From a virus: DNA of 64,000 bases. Below the pieces are notes generated by a model. It made no database searches. It saw only the letters and a program-made list of their open reading frames with translations, and had not been told where the DNA came from. Positions within the stretch are counted from its first letter, which is position 1. Each line of letters starts with the position of its first letter. This document shows positions 53,216 through 61,450 of the stretch, one piece after another. The stretch spans positions 1-64,000 of IMG/VR virus record IMGVR_UViG_3300009388_000001; one strand, 5' to 3'. The position numbers were made by a program, and so were the translations under genes.

Positions 53216-53480
53216 TAATTACTACCCTTTCTTCACCTTGAAATTTATGTTTGAATCTGGCGAGATATTTGCGCGCCTCGATTATTGATTGTGGTTCCTT
53301 GCCGATGAAATATATTATTCTTCCATCAACTATCATCGGATATTCGACGGGCTTTATATTTATTTTGAAGTATGCAAAAATCAGCGTTGTAAGGAGGATC
53401 AACAGAAAAAGACTGCGTACAACATTGAATGGCATATAAATATACACACCGGGGCGTTGTCGTAGGAATAATTCTAGCAT
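53208..53480 (-). CDS. small membrane protein
   Basis: ATG at 53480 (MLELFLRQ...). TM segment SLFLLILLTTLIFAYF. Confidence 0.4.
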   Translation of the reverse strand: MLELFLRQRPGVYIYMPFNVVRSLFLLILLTTLIFAYFKINIKPVEYPMIVDGRIIYFIGKEPQSIIEARKYLARFKHKFQGEERVVINE

Positions 53481-53683
53481 GACGATACCTGCTGAGCATC
53501 CTGAAGCTGAGCGGCCTGCAGCGCGCATCTTGATGTGCATGTACCTAATGCGCTAATGAATATGCAGTCTGTGTTGTCATTTTCTTCAGAAAGAAAAAAC
53601 CTGCAATCTGTTAACGGTTCAACATCTTTACAGATACCGTTTTTGTTACAATAATTAGCTTTTAATTTGTTTGCTGCTGACAT
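53474..53683 (-). CDS. small Cys-rich protein
   Basis: ATG at 53683 after GGAGG. The product is 69 aa with 7 Cys. Confidence 0.4.
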   Translation of the reverse strand: MSAANKLKANYCNKNGICKDVEPLTDCRFFLSEENDNTDCIFISALGTCTSRCALQAAQLQDAQQVSSC

Positions 53684-53698
53684 ATAAAAAACCTCCAA

Positions 53699-54007
53699 TT
53701 ATTGAATATTGCTTTTTATAAAATCGTTCTTGAGAATATCCAGCCCTCCGAGAAACCGGAAAACATTAACTTTGCCTGGTGATGTTATCGTTAAGCATGT
53801 GTCATTTTCGCAGAAAAGCATGATTGCTCCGCCTTCTGCGTTGTGTTCATGTGCCAGTTTTATGGCTTTTTTAAGGGATTTTTCGATGTCCGGATGAATG
53901 CTTTTTTCGGTTTTGATTAAAGTGAGATTGTTGTGTCTGGTAAGGATAAAAGTCCTGTTTATATATTCAAAACTTTTATGTAAATTAGCAAGAGAATGTA
54001 AGTTCAT
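53699..54007 (-). CDS. hypothetical protein
   Basis: ATG at 54007 after GGAGGCAGCCCG. Confidence 0.45.
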   Translation of the reverse strand: MNLHSLANLHKSFEYINRTFILTRHNNLTLIKTEKSIHPDIEKSLKKAIKLAHEHNAEGGAIMLFCENDTCLTITSPGKVNVFRFLGGLDILKNDFIKSNIQ

Positions 54008-54226
54008 CGGGCTGCCTCCCTTTGAATAATTAAGTTTTGTATAGCAATGCGCAAAGCGCAATTATTTCAAAAATGTAATAGGGAAGGGCGCATTGATTCC
54101 AATGCTTGAGGCGCTCGATTTTTTCGAGTTTAGAATAGATGAATCATGTTGCATACGGGCTGCCTCCCTCCGCAATGATGATTTTCAATACGGTAAAATG
54201 GATTTATCTGTCAAGAAAAAAAATTA

Positions 54227-54817
54227 TTATTTTGCTACTTGTAATGATTTTAATTGATTAGAGTCGATGCGCTTAAGATCGTAATACATGATCCGGGTAT
54301 GCTTCCTTGCATCTTTGTTATGAAGAAAGTCGAATCCGTTTTTCTGATAGAAGTTTATTGTTCCAGGTGTATTGTACGCATCAACCGTGATAAACCGGCA
54401 TCCGGTTCTGTTATCAGTAAGAAAAAGATATTTCGATACGGATAAAAGGAATGTGCCGATTTCGTTGCCCTGATACTGACATGCCACACCTAGTCTGGCA
54501 ATCTTGACGGCTGGCAGCGATTTATAATGAGCTTTCTTTTCCGGCAGAAATTTTTTTCTTTCTTCAACCGGAAAAATAATCGCGTCATTGCAGAAACTAA
54601 TCAGTGCTATATTCATGATATTATCTGAAAAGGATAATGAATATGTTTCTGCCAGTAATTCTTTTTTGTGATTGATTGCGTCTGTTCTGAAAAAATCGTT
54701 CAGGTCGTCTTTCTTGCAGTCGAAAGATTCGGTTTGGTTATAATCGTTAATTTCTAATTTTGATAACTGCCACTTTCCAATATCGAGTTTATTTCTTCTT
54801 TTGGAGAGCATGCGCAA
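54227..54817 (-). CDS. GNAT-family acetyltransferase, TacT/KacT toxin-like
   Basis: N-terminal FDCKKDDLNDFFRTDAINH resembles the FDCG...L..FL pattern of GNAT toxins. Acetyl-CoA region ARLGVACQYQGNEIGTFLL. Confidence 0.55.
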   Translation of the reverse strand: MRMLSKRRNKLDIGKWQLSKLEINDYNQTESFDCKKDDLNDFFRTDAINHKKELLAETYSLSFSDNIMNIALISFCNDAIIFPVEERKKFLPEKKAHYKSLPAVKIARLGVACQYQGNEIGTFLLSVSKYLFLTDNRTGCRFITVDAYNTPGTINFYQKNGFDFLHNKDARKHTRIMYYDLKRIDSNQLKSLQVAK

Positions 54818-54953
54818 GAACTCGCTTTTCTGCTGTACGCAGACTTGGAATCTTGAGACTGTCCAGATTTTTCAGATCTTCATTGACTTTCTTAAAAAAC
54901 TTTCTTGCGTCTTTGGAAGTCAAAGGCGGTGTAGAAGTAATTGCGATAGCCAT
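54789..54953 (-). CDS. small upstream partner of the GNAT gene (putative antitoxin)
   Basis: I read a 54-aa ORF, MAIAITSTPPLTSKDARKFFKKV..., from the ATG at 54953 after AAAGGAGAAAAATC. It overlaps the GNAT start by about 29 nt. Confidence 0.4.
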   Translation of the reverse strand: MAIAITSTPPLTSKDARKFFKKVNEDLKNLDSLKIPSLRTAEKRVLAHALQKKK

Positions 54954-55061
54954 GATTTTTCTCCTTTCTCTTTATGTGAAAATCCTATTTCACTCGTGAA
55001 ACGACTGTATTATACCACGCTTGTCAAGTATTTTATTAACAAATTAGTTAAGTATATGTGA

Positions 55062-55259
55062 TTATGACATTTTACGGAATATGCACTGCCCGCAAAAAGA
55101 GTGGTCCTGGCATTCCTGGCATACTTTGTATGGATCAGCCATCTTTGCAACATGGTTGATAATTTCAATGATTGTTGTTGTCATAGGCATTTGTGATGCC
55201 CATGCTATCCGGCGCAATATGCGTGATTCTTGAAGTGGTAGTTCCGGTGTGTAGGCCAT
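55062..55259 (-). CDS. hypothetical Cys-containing protein
   Basis: 65 aa with GAGAGG upstream. Confidence 0.45.
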   Translation of the reverse strand: MAYTPELPLQESRILRRIAWASQMPMTTTIIEIINHVAKMADPYKVCQECQDHSFCGQCIFRKMS

Positions 55260-55270
55260 AATATCCTCTC

Positions 55271-55606
55271 TTAAATCTGGCAGAATTGCTTTGTTAATCT
55301 TTCTACCATTTTCTGCATGTATACAGAGTAAGGGAAATTATAATTCTTGATGATTGCTGCTTGATTATCGAACTGATCAAGCGGGACTTCTTCGTCGCAG
55401 AAAAACGTGCCGCCATGATTTACCCGTACATGGCGTTCAAGTGTCGCGCCGCAATGTATTACCCACGCGGTGTCGCCATGCCTGATGTCATATATAAATT
55501 TGCATTCCGGCTTCCGGTCTAATGCATCACGGCGCATTTCAGTATAATATCCGGTTATTGTTTTTCCGGATTCCAGTGTTATTTCAATTTTGCGCAGGTC
55601 GTTCAT
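55271..55606 (-). CDS. hypothetical protein
   Basis: 111 aa. First gene after the terminator at 55621-55676. Confidence 0.45.
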   Translation of the reverse strand: MNDLRKIEITLESGKTITGYYTEMRRDALDRKPECKFIYDIRHGDTAWVIHCGATLERHVRVNHGGTFFCDEEVPLDQFDNQAAIIKNYNFPYSVYMQKMVERLTKQFCQI

Positions 55607-55620
55607 ATTGCCTCTTGTTC

Positions 55621-55676
55621 AAAAAAAATCCCCGAACGGTTAGAGTTACGCATGGCTGACGTACCGTCCGGGGATT
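55621..55676 (-). terminator. rho-independent terminator
   Basis: On the minus strand the stem is AATCCCCGGACGG/CCGTTCGGGGATT (one mismatch), followed by T8. Confidence 0.6.
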
Positions 55677-55700
55677 ACCGGCATTAAAAGTGGAGCTTGG

Positions 55701-56030
55701 TTAAATTATTTCCAGTATTGTGTAACTTGTGCTTCCGCGGTATTGCTGTTCTGTAGCGATGGCATTGAGTGTTTGGCCTTTTTTATAGGTTTTGGCTTTT
55801 TCAACAGTATGTCCGAATGCCATTACGCTTGCATCTTTTTTATAACTGATACCGTTAAGCGTGCGGGTTTCACTGACAACAAAACGGACATACTCTTTGT
55901 TGTTCTTGTCCTTTTTGATGGTTACACTTTTGATTTCTTTCGTTAATTGCACATCCTTGGCGAATGATACAGTAGCGAAACAAAACAGCATTGCCGCGAT
56001 GATAATTACTACAAACAAACTTTTTTTCAT
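55701..56030 (-). CDS. secreted protein (signal peptide)
   Basis: ATG at 56030 after GGAGGAAGTC. N-terminus MKKSLFVVIIIAAMLFCFATVSFA. Confidence 0.5.
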   Translation of the reverse strand: MKKSLFVVIIIAAMLFCFATVSFAKDVQLTKEIKSVTIKKDKNNKEYVRFVVSETRTLNGISYKKDASVMAFGHTVEKAKTYKKGQTLNAIATEQQYRGSTSYTILEII

Positions 56031-56043
56031 GACTTCCTCCTTT

Positions 56044-56385
56044 TTATTTTTGTGATTTTTCAAGTTTGTATTCTTCGAGATCTTCATAAAGCACTTCATC
56101 CAGAATTTCATTACGATATGAAAACAGAATACGATCAATTTCCTGTATCAGTTTTAAGCTTACTAAAGCGCAATCCATATCAGTTATGTCGTGGTCAATA
56201 TCATTGTAACAATCGATTTCAAATTGAGCGTATGCTTCGTAGATTTTTTCTGTCATTTCATATTTCCAGTCAGGTTCCGGAACTGCGTAATCCACAGTTG
56301 CAAATACTTGCGGGCCAAAAACCATAAAAATGAATAACAGAAATATAATGCCGACGATTTCAATGAAATATTTTCTGGTGAACAT
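56044..56385 (-). CDS. membrane-anchored or secreted protein
   Basis: ATG at 56385 after GGAGGCAGCC. N-terminus MFTRKYFIEIVGIIFLLFIFMVFGPQVFA. Confidence 0.5.
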   Translation of the reverse strand: MFTRKYFIEIVGIIFLLFIFMVFGPQVFATVDYAVPEPDWKYEMTEKIYEAYAQFEIDCYNDIDHDITDMDCALVSLKLIQEIDRILFSYRNEILDEVLYEDLEEYKLEKSQK

Positions 56386-56451
56386 GGCTGCCTCCATGAA
56401 AAAGTAGGTAAGGCAGTTTTGAGTGATGCCTAGCACTTTAAAAAGTGTTGC

Positions 56452-56838
56452 TTAAAACGGAACGCTATCATCAATACTAACGTCTTGATGTGTTTCGTTT
56501 TCTTCCTGTGCTTTCCTTGCGGAATCCAGCATTTTGATATTTGTAGCAACGATTTCGGTACTATACCGTTCAATATTATCCTTGTCAGTCCATTTGCGGG
56601 TTCGAATTTTACCTTCCACAAGTACGAGTCGTCCGGTTTTCAGGTAATCGTTAGCTATTTCTGCCAACTTGCTGTACGCAACGACACGGTGCCATTCTGT
56701 GCGGGCAACCTTTTCGCCGTTCTGGTTTTTATAGCTTTCATCTGTGGCAACTCTCATATTTGTTACCATTCCGCCGTCACCCATTAAGTTTGTCTGGGGA
56801 TCAGCGCCCAACCTTCCGATTAATGTTGCTCTGTTCAT
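56452..56838 (-). CDS. ssb: single-stranded DNA-binding protein
   Basis: N-terminus MNRATLIGRLGADPQ, an OB fold, and an acidic tail DDSVPF. Confidence 0.85.
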   Translation of the reverse strand: MNRATLIGRLGADPQTNLMGDGGMVTNMRVATDESYKNQNGEKVARTEWHRVVAYSKLAEIANDYLKTGRLVLVEGKIRTRKWTDKDNIERYSTEIVATNIKMLDSARKAQEENETHQDVSIDDSVPF

Positions 56839-56886
56839 GATGTTTCTACCTCCCTTGGTTAAATTTGTTTTAAAAACAGAAAAGAA

Positions 56887-57228
56887 TTAATTAATATTTA
56901 ATGTTACCGGCAATACCTCCCATATCTTGGCATTGGCGAATCCTGTTTTTACGGTGAAGCCAGTATCTTTAAAGAACCCTGACTGCAATGCGGCTTGTGC
57001 GAACTGCTCATTTTCCGACCAGTCTTTGATGTAGGCTTGGTTTACTTCAAGAACACCTGAACAATCAGGAAGATTTACAGTTAAAACACTAAATTCTTCG
57101 CCGTTATCACATATTCCAATGATGGCCAACCGTCCGTTCTGGTATTTCTCAGCAATTAATTTGACATTGTAAATTGTCTTGCCGATAGGTACTTTGATGA
57201 TCTGATTTTCAAATTTGTATTTAGCCAT
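56887..57228 (-). CDS. hypothetical protein
   Basis: 113 aa with CAGGAGGG upstream. Confidence 0.45.
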   Translation of the reverse strand: MAKYKFENQIIKVPIGKTIYNVKLIAEKYQNGRLAIIGICDNGEEFSVLTVNLPDCSGVLEVNQAYIKDWSENEQFAQAALQSGFFKDTGFTVKTGFANAKIWEVLPVTLNIN

Positions 57229-57373
57229 GATACCCTCCTGATCTTAAATTCATGATGAAGCAGAAAAGAATTAATTGATTTATCGCAGTTCGTGTTCCGG
57301 TTTAATTCGGCAGTGCGGCGAACGATAAAAAAAGGGGGAAGGGCGGTATCATTGAAGATACCGCCCAGTTAAT

Positions 57374-58651
57374 TTATTCTTCACAACCGGCAAATTCGTT
57401 ATAGTCAGAAGAATAATCAAAGTCGATTTGCTCCGGCGGCATGGGGCTTTCTTCGCGTGCCGGAGCGTAGGCTTGTTTGCATTTTTTCCATGCGTCCCAG
57501 ATTACAGATTGTTCGTGAGCATTCAGCAGTGTCTTGCCGTTGCTGTATAACCAGTTAGCAACTTTATTTAGATTGCAGTTTTTATCGGCAAGGCGTTCCA
57601 GTGCTTTGAGAGCAATAGGACGTAATTTTGGCGACAGGTTGTGTTTCCTGCGGTTGTATTCATCCCAGATTACGGTTGTCTGGATTTTATTGAACTGCTT
57701 GTCGTTAAATAGCGCCTTGCCGATAGCTTTTAGCGAGGTAATATCCTTTGTTTCGCGGATTTGCTTTAAGATTTTTCTGAAAGCAATCGGTTGTCTATCT
57801 TCCCAGAGGATAGGTCGACCCAGAATCGGATCATTAATATCTCTGGGGTCATCGAGTTTGTGCCAGCCTTCGGATTGAATCATCTGAATATCAGCAGGAT
57901 TGTCAGCATCCACAGTCTTGATTGAGTTAGTATCTTCTTCGAGAGATTCAGTGATGTCGATGATTTTCGGCTCGCCCTCGTCGGTCACTAAGACCATTTG
58001 AGAAGCGAGATTTTCAAAATACCGGAATCCGGCATTGAATTTATCGGGAATGGACAGCCATTTTTCGAATGTACCGGCCATGCGCGGTGTTGTGTCGAGA
58101 ATTTTAAAGGCGAGGGCGAGCGTTTCAGCTTGCTCTATTGTGCAACCGAATTTCTTGCGTATACCGCCTGCGTGCCTGAACCATTCACGTTGAGACTTGA
58201 CTGTGTGCGGCAGAACCGCGTCGCCCTGCGCTGTCATGCCGGCTTCACGGTAGATTATTTTATCAAGACCGGATAATCCTTCGCCGCTTTGCATGTAGCG
58301 GATTCCGCGCTTATCTTTGAATATCTTGGCAGGCTTTGTTTCGCCCAGGTGTTCGGAAACCGCGAATGAACCTTCAAGGTGTGTGAAGTCGGGAATCATG
58401 ATTGCCCTGTGTTCGGGTACGGGAATATCGGAGTCGTATTCCATGAATTCAAGCGGCAGGGCGGGCTGCTCAGCGCGCAGTTTTGGTTCGAGTTTAGCGC
58501 GTCGCTCTGCGAAGTTGGCCGGATTGCGAATGTAGTCCCTATTGTCAAGCGCGTCGATCATGCCTTGCAGCATGTCGAAAGTGATCTGTAAATTGGGCTT
58601 TGCGTTTTCCTTGACGTAGACTGGTTTATCGGTGTAAATGAACTTAGCCAT
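57374..58651 (-). CDS. hypothetical protein
   Basis: 425 aa with GGAGAT upstream. No motif recognised. Confidence 0.5.
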   Translation of the reverse strand: MAKFIYTDKPVYVKENAKPNLQITFDMLQGMIDALDNRDYIRNPANFAERRAKLEPKLRAEQPALPLEFMEYDSDIPVPEHRAIMIPDFTHLEGSFAVSEHLGETKPAKIFKDKRGIRYMQSGEGLSGLDKIIYREAGMTAQGDAVLPHTVKSQREWFRHAGGIRKKFGCTIEQAETLALAFKILDTTPRMAGTFEKWLSIPDKFNAGFRYFENLASQMVLVTDEGEPKIIDITESLEEDTNSIKTVDADNPADIQMIQSEGWHKLDDPRDINDPILGRPILWEDRQPIAFRKILKQIRETKDITSLKAIGKALFNDKQFNKIQTTVIWDEYNRRKHNLSPKLRPIALKALERLADKNCNLNKVANWLYSNGKTLLNAHEQSVIWDAWKKCKQAYAPAREESPMPPEQIDFDYSSDYNEFAGCEE

Positions 58652-58767
58652 GATTCAAATCTCCTATATTTGAGTTAAGGTTAGACTCCGTTCGGTGCTC
58701 GTTACACCTTGCGGAGTCGTTAAATTAATTAATTCAATCAATTACAGAATTAAATTAATTAATTACT

Positions 58768-59082
58768 TTAAGTATTTCTTATCCATTCAATCGCTGCTTT
58801 AATCACGTCACCATGACAATCTTTTGGTTTACAACAACATATCAGGGCGATGTCTTCAATTGAGTTTGCAAGTTCATACAATGCTTTTCGCAGTTTCGAA
58901 CTTGGTTGGTTCAATTCTTTCCATAAATATTTCTTATAATTTTCAATAACTCTTTTCCTTTCATCATCACTATCATTCATCATTTTAAATATATTTCCAT
59001 AAACACTACCTCTCATAATATTAATATACTTAAATCCTTCAATCTTCTTATCTCTTACATTCACAACAATAATCTTATTCAT
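58768..59082 (-). CDS. DUF4326-like protein
   Basis: C-terminal LICCCKPKDCHGDVI matches the C.P..CHGD pattern I recall for DUF4326. ATG at 59082. Confidence 0.45.
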   Translation of the reverse strand: MNKIIVVNVRDKKIEGFKYINIMRGSVYGNIFKMMNDSDDERKRVIENYKKYLWKELNQPSSKLRKALYELANSIEDIALICCCKPKDCHGDVIKAAIEWIRNT

Positions 59083-59151
59083 AATCTTTTCTCCTTTCAA
59101 AAATAAAAGTAAAAGGCACCCAGCTTGAGCCAGATGCCTCCTTTGTAGATA

Positions 59152-59259
59152 TTAAAACACTGCGTAATCTTTACATTTCTTACATTTCTTCCTACAGTTA
59201 TAAATACAGGGTAAAGTCCAACGTTGTTTTCTCCGCTTTTTCGTTCTTCTCTTATTCAT
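59152..59259 (-). CDS. very basic Cys-rich micro-protein (below the ORF-track size cut-off)
   Basis: I read a 35-aa ORF, MNKRRTKKRRKQRWTLPCIYNCRKKCKKCKDYAVF. It is preceded by the same 34-bp SD and start cassette as the DUF4326 gene, and a hairpin plus T-tract follows it on the minus strand (about 59108-59140). Confidence 0.3.
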   Translation of the reverse strand: MNKRRTKKRRKQRWTLPCIYNCRKKCKKCKDYAVF

Positions 59260-59455
59260 AATCTTTTCTCCTTTCAAAAATAAATTAATAATTAAACTCC
59301 TCGCTCTCTTTACCCCACCTGTAGCGCAAAGCGGGATTCCTTGAAGTCAAGAGTCGGAATAAAAAATAATTACCTTTAAATTTATTGATGATATTATTTT
59401 TTATGGAGCCCGCAGGGTTGAAAAGAAATTAAAAGTTTTTTGCCTCGGTGAACGA

Positions 59456-59520
59456 GTAAAAAAGACAGCACATCGAGCAATGGAACAAAGTACGAAACCG
59501 AGATGTGCTGTCTTTTTTAC
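59456..59520. repeat. perfect 19-bp-stem hairpin
   Basis: GTAAAAAAGACAGCACATC pairs with GATGTGCTGTCTTTTTTAC across a 27-nt loop. It is nested in imperfect 25-nt outer arms (59418-59442 and 59527-59551). Confidence 0.85.
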
Positions 59521-59647
59521 TACCTTCAAAAAAGTTTTAATTTGTTTTCAAACTCTTTACTTTAAGGGTCTTGCGCTATAATTGGGGTACAGAGAGAGTT
59601 CCTTAAGGGTCTTTATGGAATGGAGGCTTTTCGCGGAATGGAATATA

Positions 59648-59708
59648 TAACAGACCAAAAAAGACAATTTATTATAGATTTACTCCGCTTGTCTTTTTTG
59701 GTCTGTTA
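59648..59708. repeat. perfect 20-bp-stem hairpin
   Basis: TAACAGACCAAAAAAGACAA pairs with TTGTCTTTTTTGGTCTGTTA across a 21-nt loop. It shares the AAAAAAGACA core with the first hairpin. Confidence 0.85.
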
Positions 59709-59924
59709 TGGTTGGCATTAGCGAAGCGGGCAGCCTCCAGTCTACCTTGATATTGTGTAATAGTTTGCAATCTGTGAAGTGTTATCCTTTGTTGTTTCAT
59801 ATATGTTAGATCATATGAATAGTGTTAAGCGTACGTATATCAGTTTATTACGTCTTTGATTGCTGACAAAATAGAAAAGATAATTTCCAGAAGTGTACAA
59901 ATGTAATGTATGTTAATCAATGAT

Positions 59925-60683
59925 ATTGAATGCATAGCGCATGGCAGCATAGGGAGTGTGAGATAATGAGGCAGGGCGGCGTAGTGACCCACCTCACAGC
60001 AGCATAACACGATATTCTAAAAGCGTAGCACTCTGCCGGTGTAGCGCCTTGCTTCCTGAATGCGTAGCATGATATTGCAAGATAGTGTTACTGCGATGTG
60101 CCGTGCATAATGAAGGCGAGGTCATGGCGCAAAGCGGCGTAGCTGCTAAGCGCCATGGGCGAGCCGTACCTTGCAGCAAGGCAGCATGAATGCTCTGCGC
60201 TTGCCGGCATGGAGCTGGGCAAGTGAAGGCGTGACTCTTGCGCGCGGAGCGCAATAGCAAGAGGCATGACTGAACGGCATAGTGCGCTAAGCAACAATGA
60301 ATGCTCTGCGCTTGCCGCCCAAAGCAACGTGGCTATGATGCGCTAAGGTAGGTCGGCAAGGAGCTGGGCAGCGAGGTCGCCGAGCTGCGGAGCGAAGCGG
60401 AGGGCGAGGCGGGCGAGCGTGTAGTGCATAGCGAAGCGTAGCCGCAGCATAGCACGTTGCCTCAATGAGATCACGTTGCCCTGCAGCAAAGAAGCATATC
60501 GCCAGCCCCTTAGCCGCCGCGCGGCGACAGGGGCAGTACCGCAATGAATAATGCGCGAAGTCGCTGAGATCTCGGCTGCATGAGCGAGAAGTCCATGCCC
60601 CAGAGCTACCCGGGGGCGGCTAAATATCCCAGTTCTATGAGGTAAGGTAGTGACCCTCTCTACAAGGCGCACTATTTTTTTTC
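59925..60683. ncRNA. GC-rich, hairpin-dense non-coding island (candidate large structured RNA)
   Basis: Stops occur in all three plus frames. Only mutually overlapping Ala/Arg-rich minus-strand ORFs are present. G+C that I counted is 46/60 at 60361-60420, against 12/60 at 60841-60900. There are many local GC hairpins, and the island ends at a T9 run (60675-60683). Confidence 0.3.
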
Positions 60684-60793
60684 AAAAAACTGTAAAAATT
60701 CCTGATCTCATTATGCTTTTATCTAACATCTTGTAAATATTAGCACTTTTCCCAACCACTTGATTTCCTTGTTTTTTTTCCACAGAATTCATT

Positions 60794-61167
60794 CCCCTAT
60801 ATAAGGAAGATTTTTTTAATAATTTATTTTAAAAGATCTGGATAGTATCTTATAGAGCGAAACTCATAATAATCATATTAATAATAAATAGTAACAAATT
60901 AGTGTGGATATAGTTGTTTTTATTAACTTAATAGTCATAATAATCAAAATAGATATATTTTTTAAATTCAGTACATATAAATCATAAAATATTTCCTTAT
61001 ATAGGGGAATCAAAAAACAGGGCTTAAAAATTTTTATCTGTATGATATGATTCAGATTTCCCCCATAATAATAATCGCGATTTTGATTATTATGATTATT
61101 ATGCTTTGCGCCTTGCTGCCCTGAACTATGCGGAATGATTCAAGTTGTTTGTATTAACTATCGGAGC
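60794..61167. repeat. AT-rich structured repeat element, copy B
   Basis: It shares blocks with copy A at the same offsets: CCCCTATATAAGGAA, TCTTATAGAGCGAAACT, TTATTAACTTAATAGTCATAATAAT, ATAGATATATTT, TTCCTTATATAGGGGAAT and TCGCGATTTTGATTATTATG. Copy B carries one insertion of about 49 bp. Confidence 0.8.
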
Positions 61168-61316
61168 GCAAAACGGCCGGTTGCTATTATGGACGTCTCT
61201 TTTTTCTATTTAACGTAGCATTATTGTTTAGGATTTTTTATAATAATTACTCATTTTCCGGTGATTTCCGGCTGGCATGATCTTTGCTTTTTCGGGATTT
61301 GAATTCATTATGCAAT

Positions 61317-61343
61317 AATTCGTTTAATTCGTTTAATTCGTTC
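61317..61343 (+). repeat. three tandem 9-bp repeats AATTCGTT(T/C)
   Basis: Read directly. They lie about 180 nt upstream of terS. Confidence 0.8.
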
Positions 61344-61371
61344 ACGCGCGCAAGTGACAGTCGGGACAAAT

Positions 61372-61406
61372 AAAAAACCTCCGTTGGCGGATACCGGAGG
61401 TTTTTT
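61372..61406. terminator. bidirectional rho-independent terminator
   Basis: A6, stem AACCTCCG/CGGAGGTT, then T6. Confidence 0.6.
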
Positions 61407-61450
61407 ACTGCTAAGCTATAAAAAGGAGAATAAAATGCAGCTTTTTAATA

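Noticed and set aside
59418-59708. Long palindromes as telomere-resolution (telRL-like) sites of a linear plasmid prophage.
   Set aside because: No protelomerase-like gene was recognised in the window, and the stems are interrupted by 21-27-nt loops. The idea is kept only as a remote possibility within the palindrome finding.
59994-60672. Four minus-strand ORFs (79-109 aa) inside the GC-rich island.
   Set aside because: They overlap one another in different frames. Their products are Ala/Arg/Leu-rich and low in complexity, and none has an SD or a recognisable motif. This is typical of open frames that arise by chance in GC-rich non-coding DNA.
59925-60683. Idea that the island is a gene read with a reassigned stop codon (for example TAG as sense).
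   Set aside because: I checked stop positions in the first 150 nt or so. TAG, TAA and TGA each occur, and together they hit all three plus frames. No single reassignment opens a frame.
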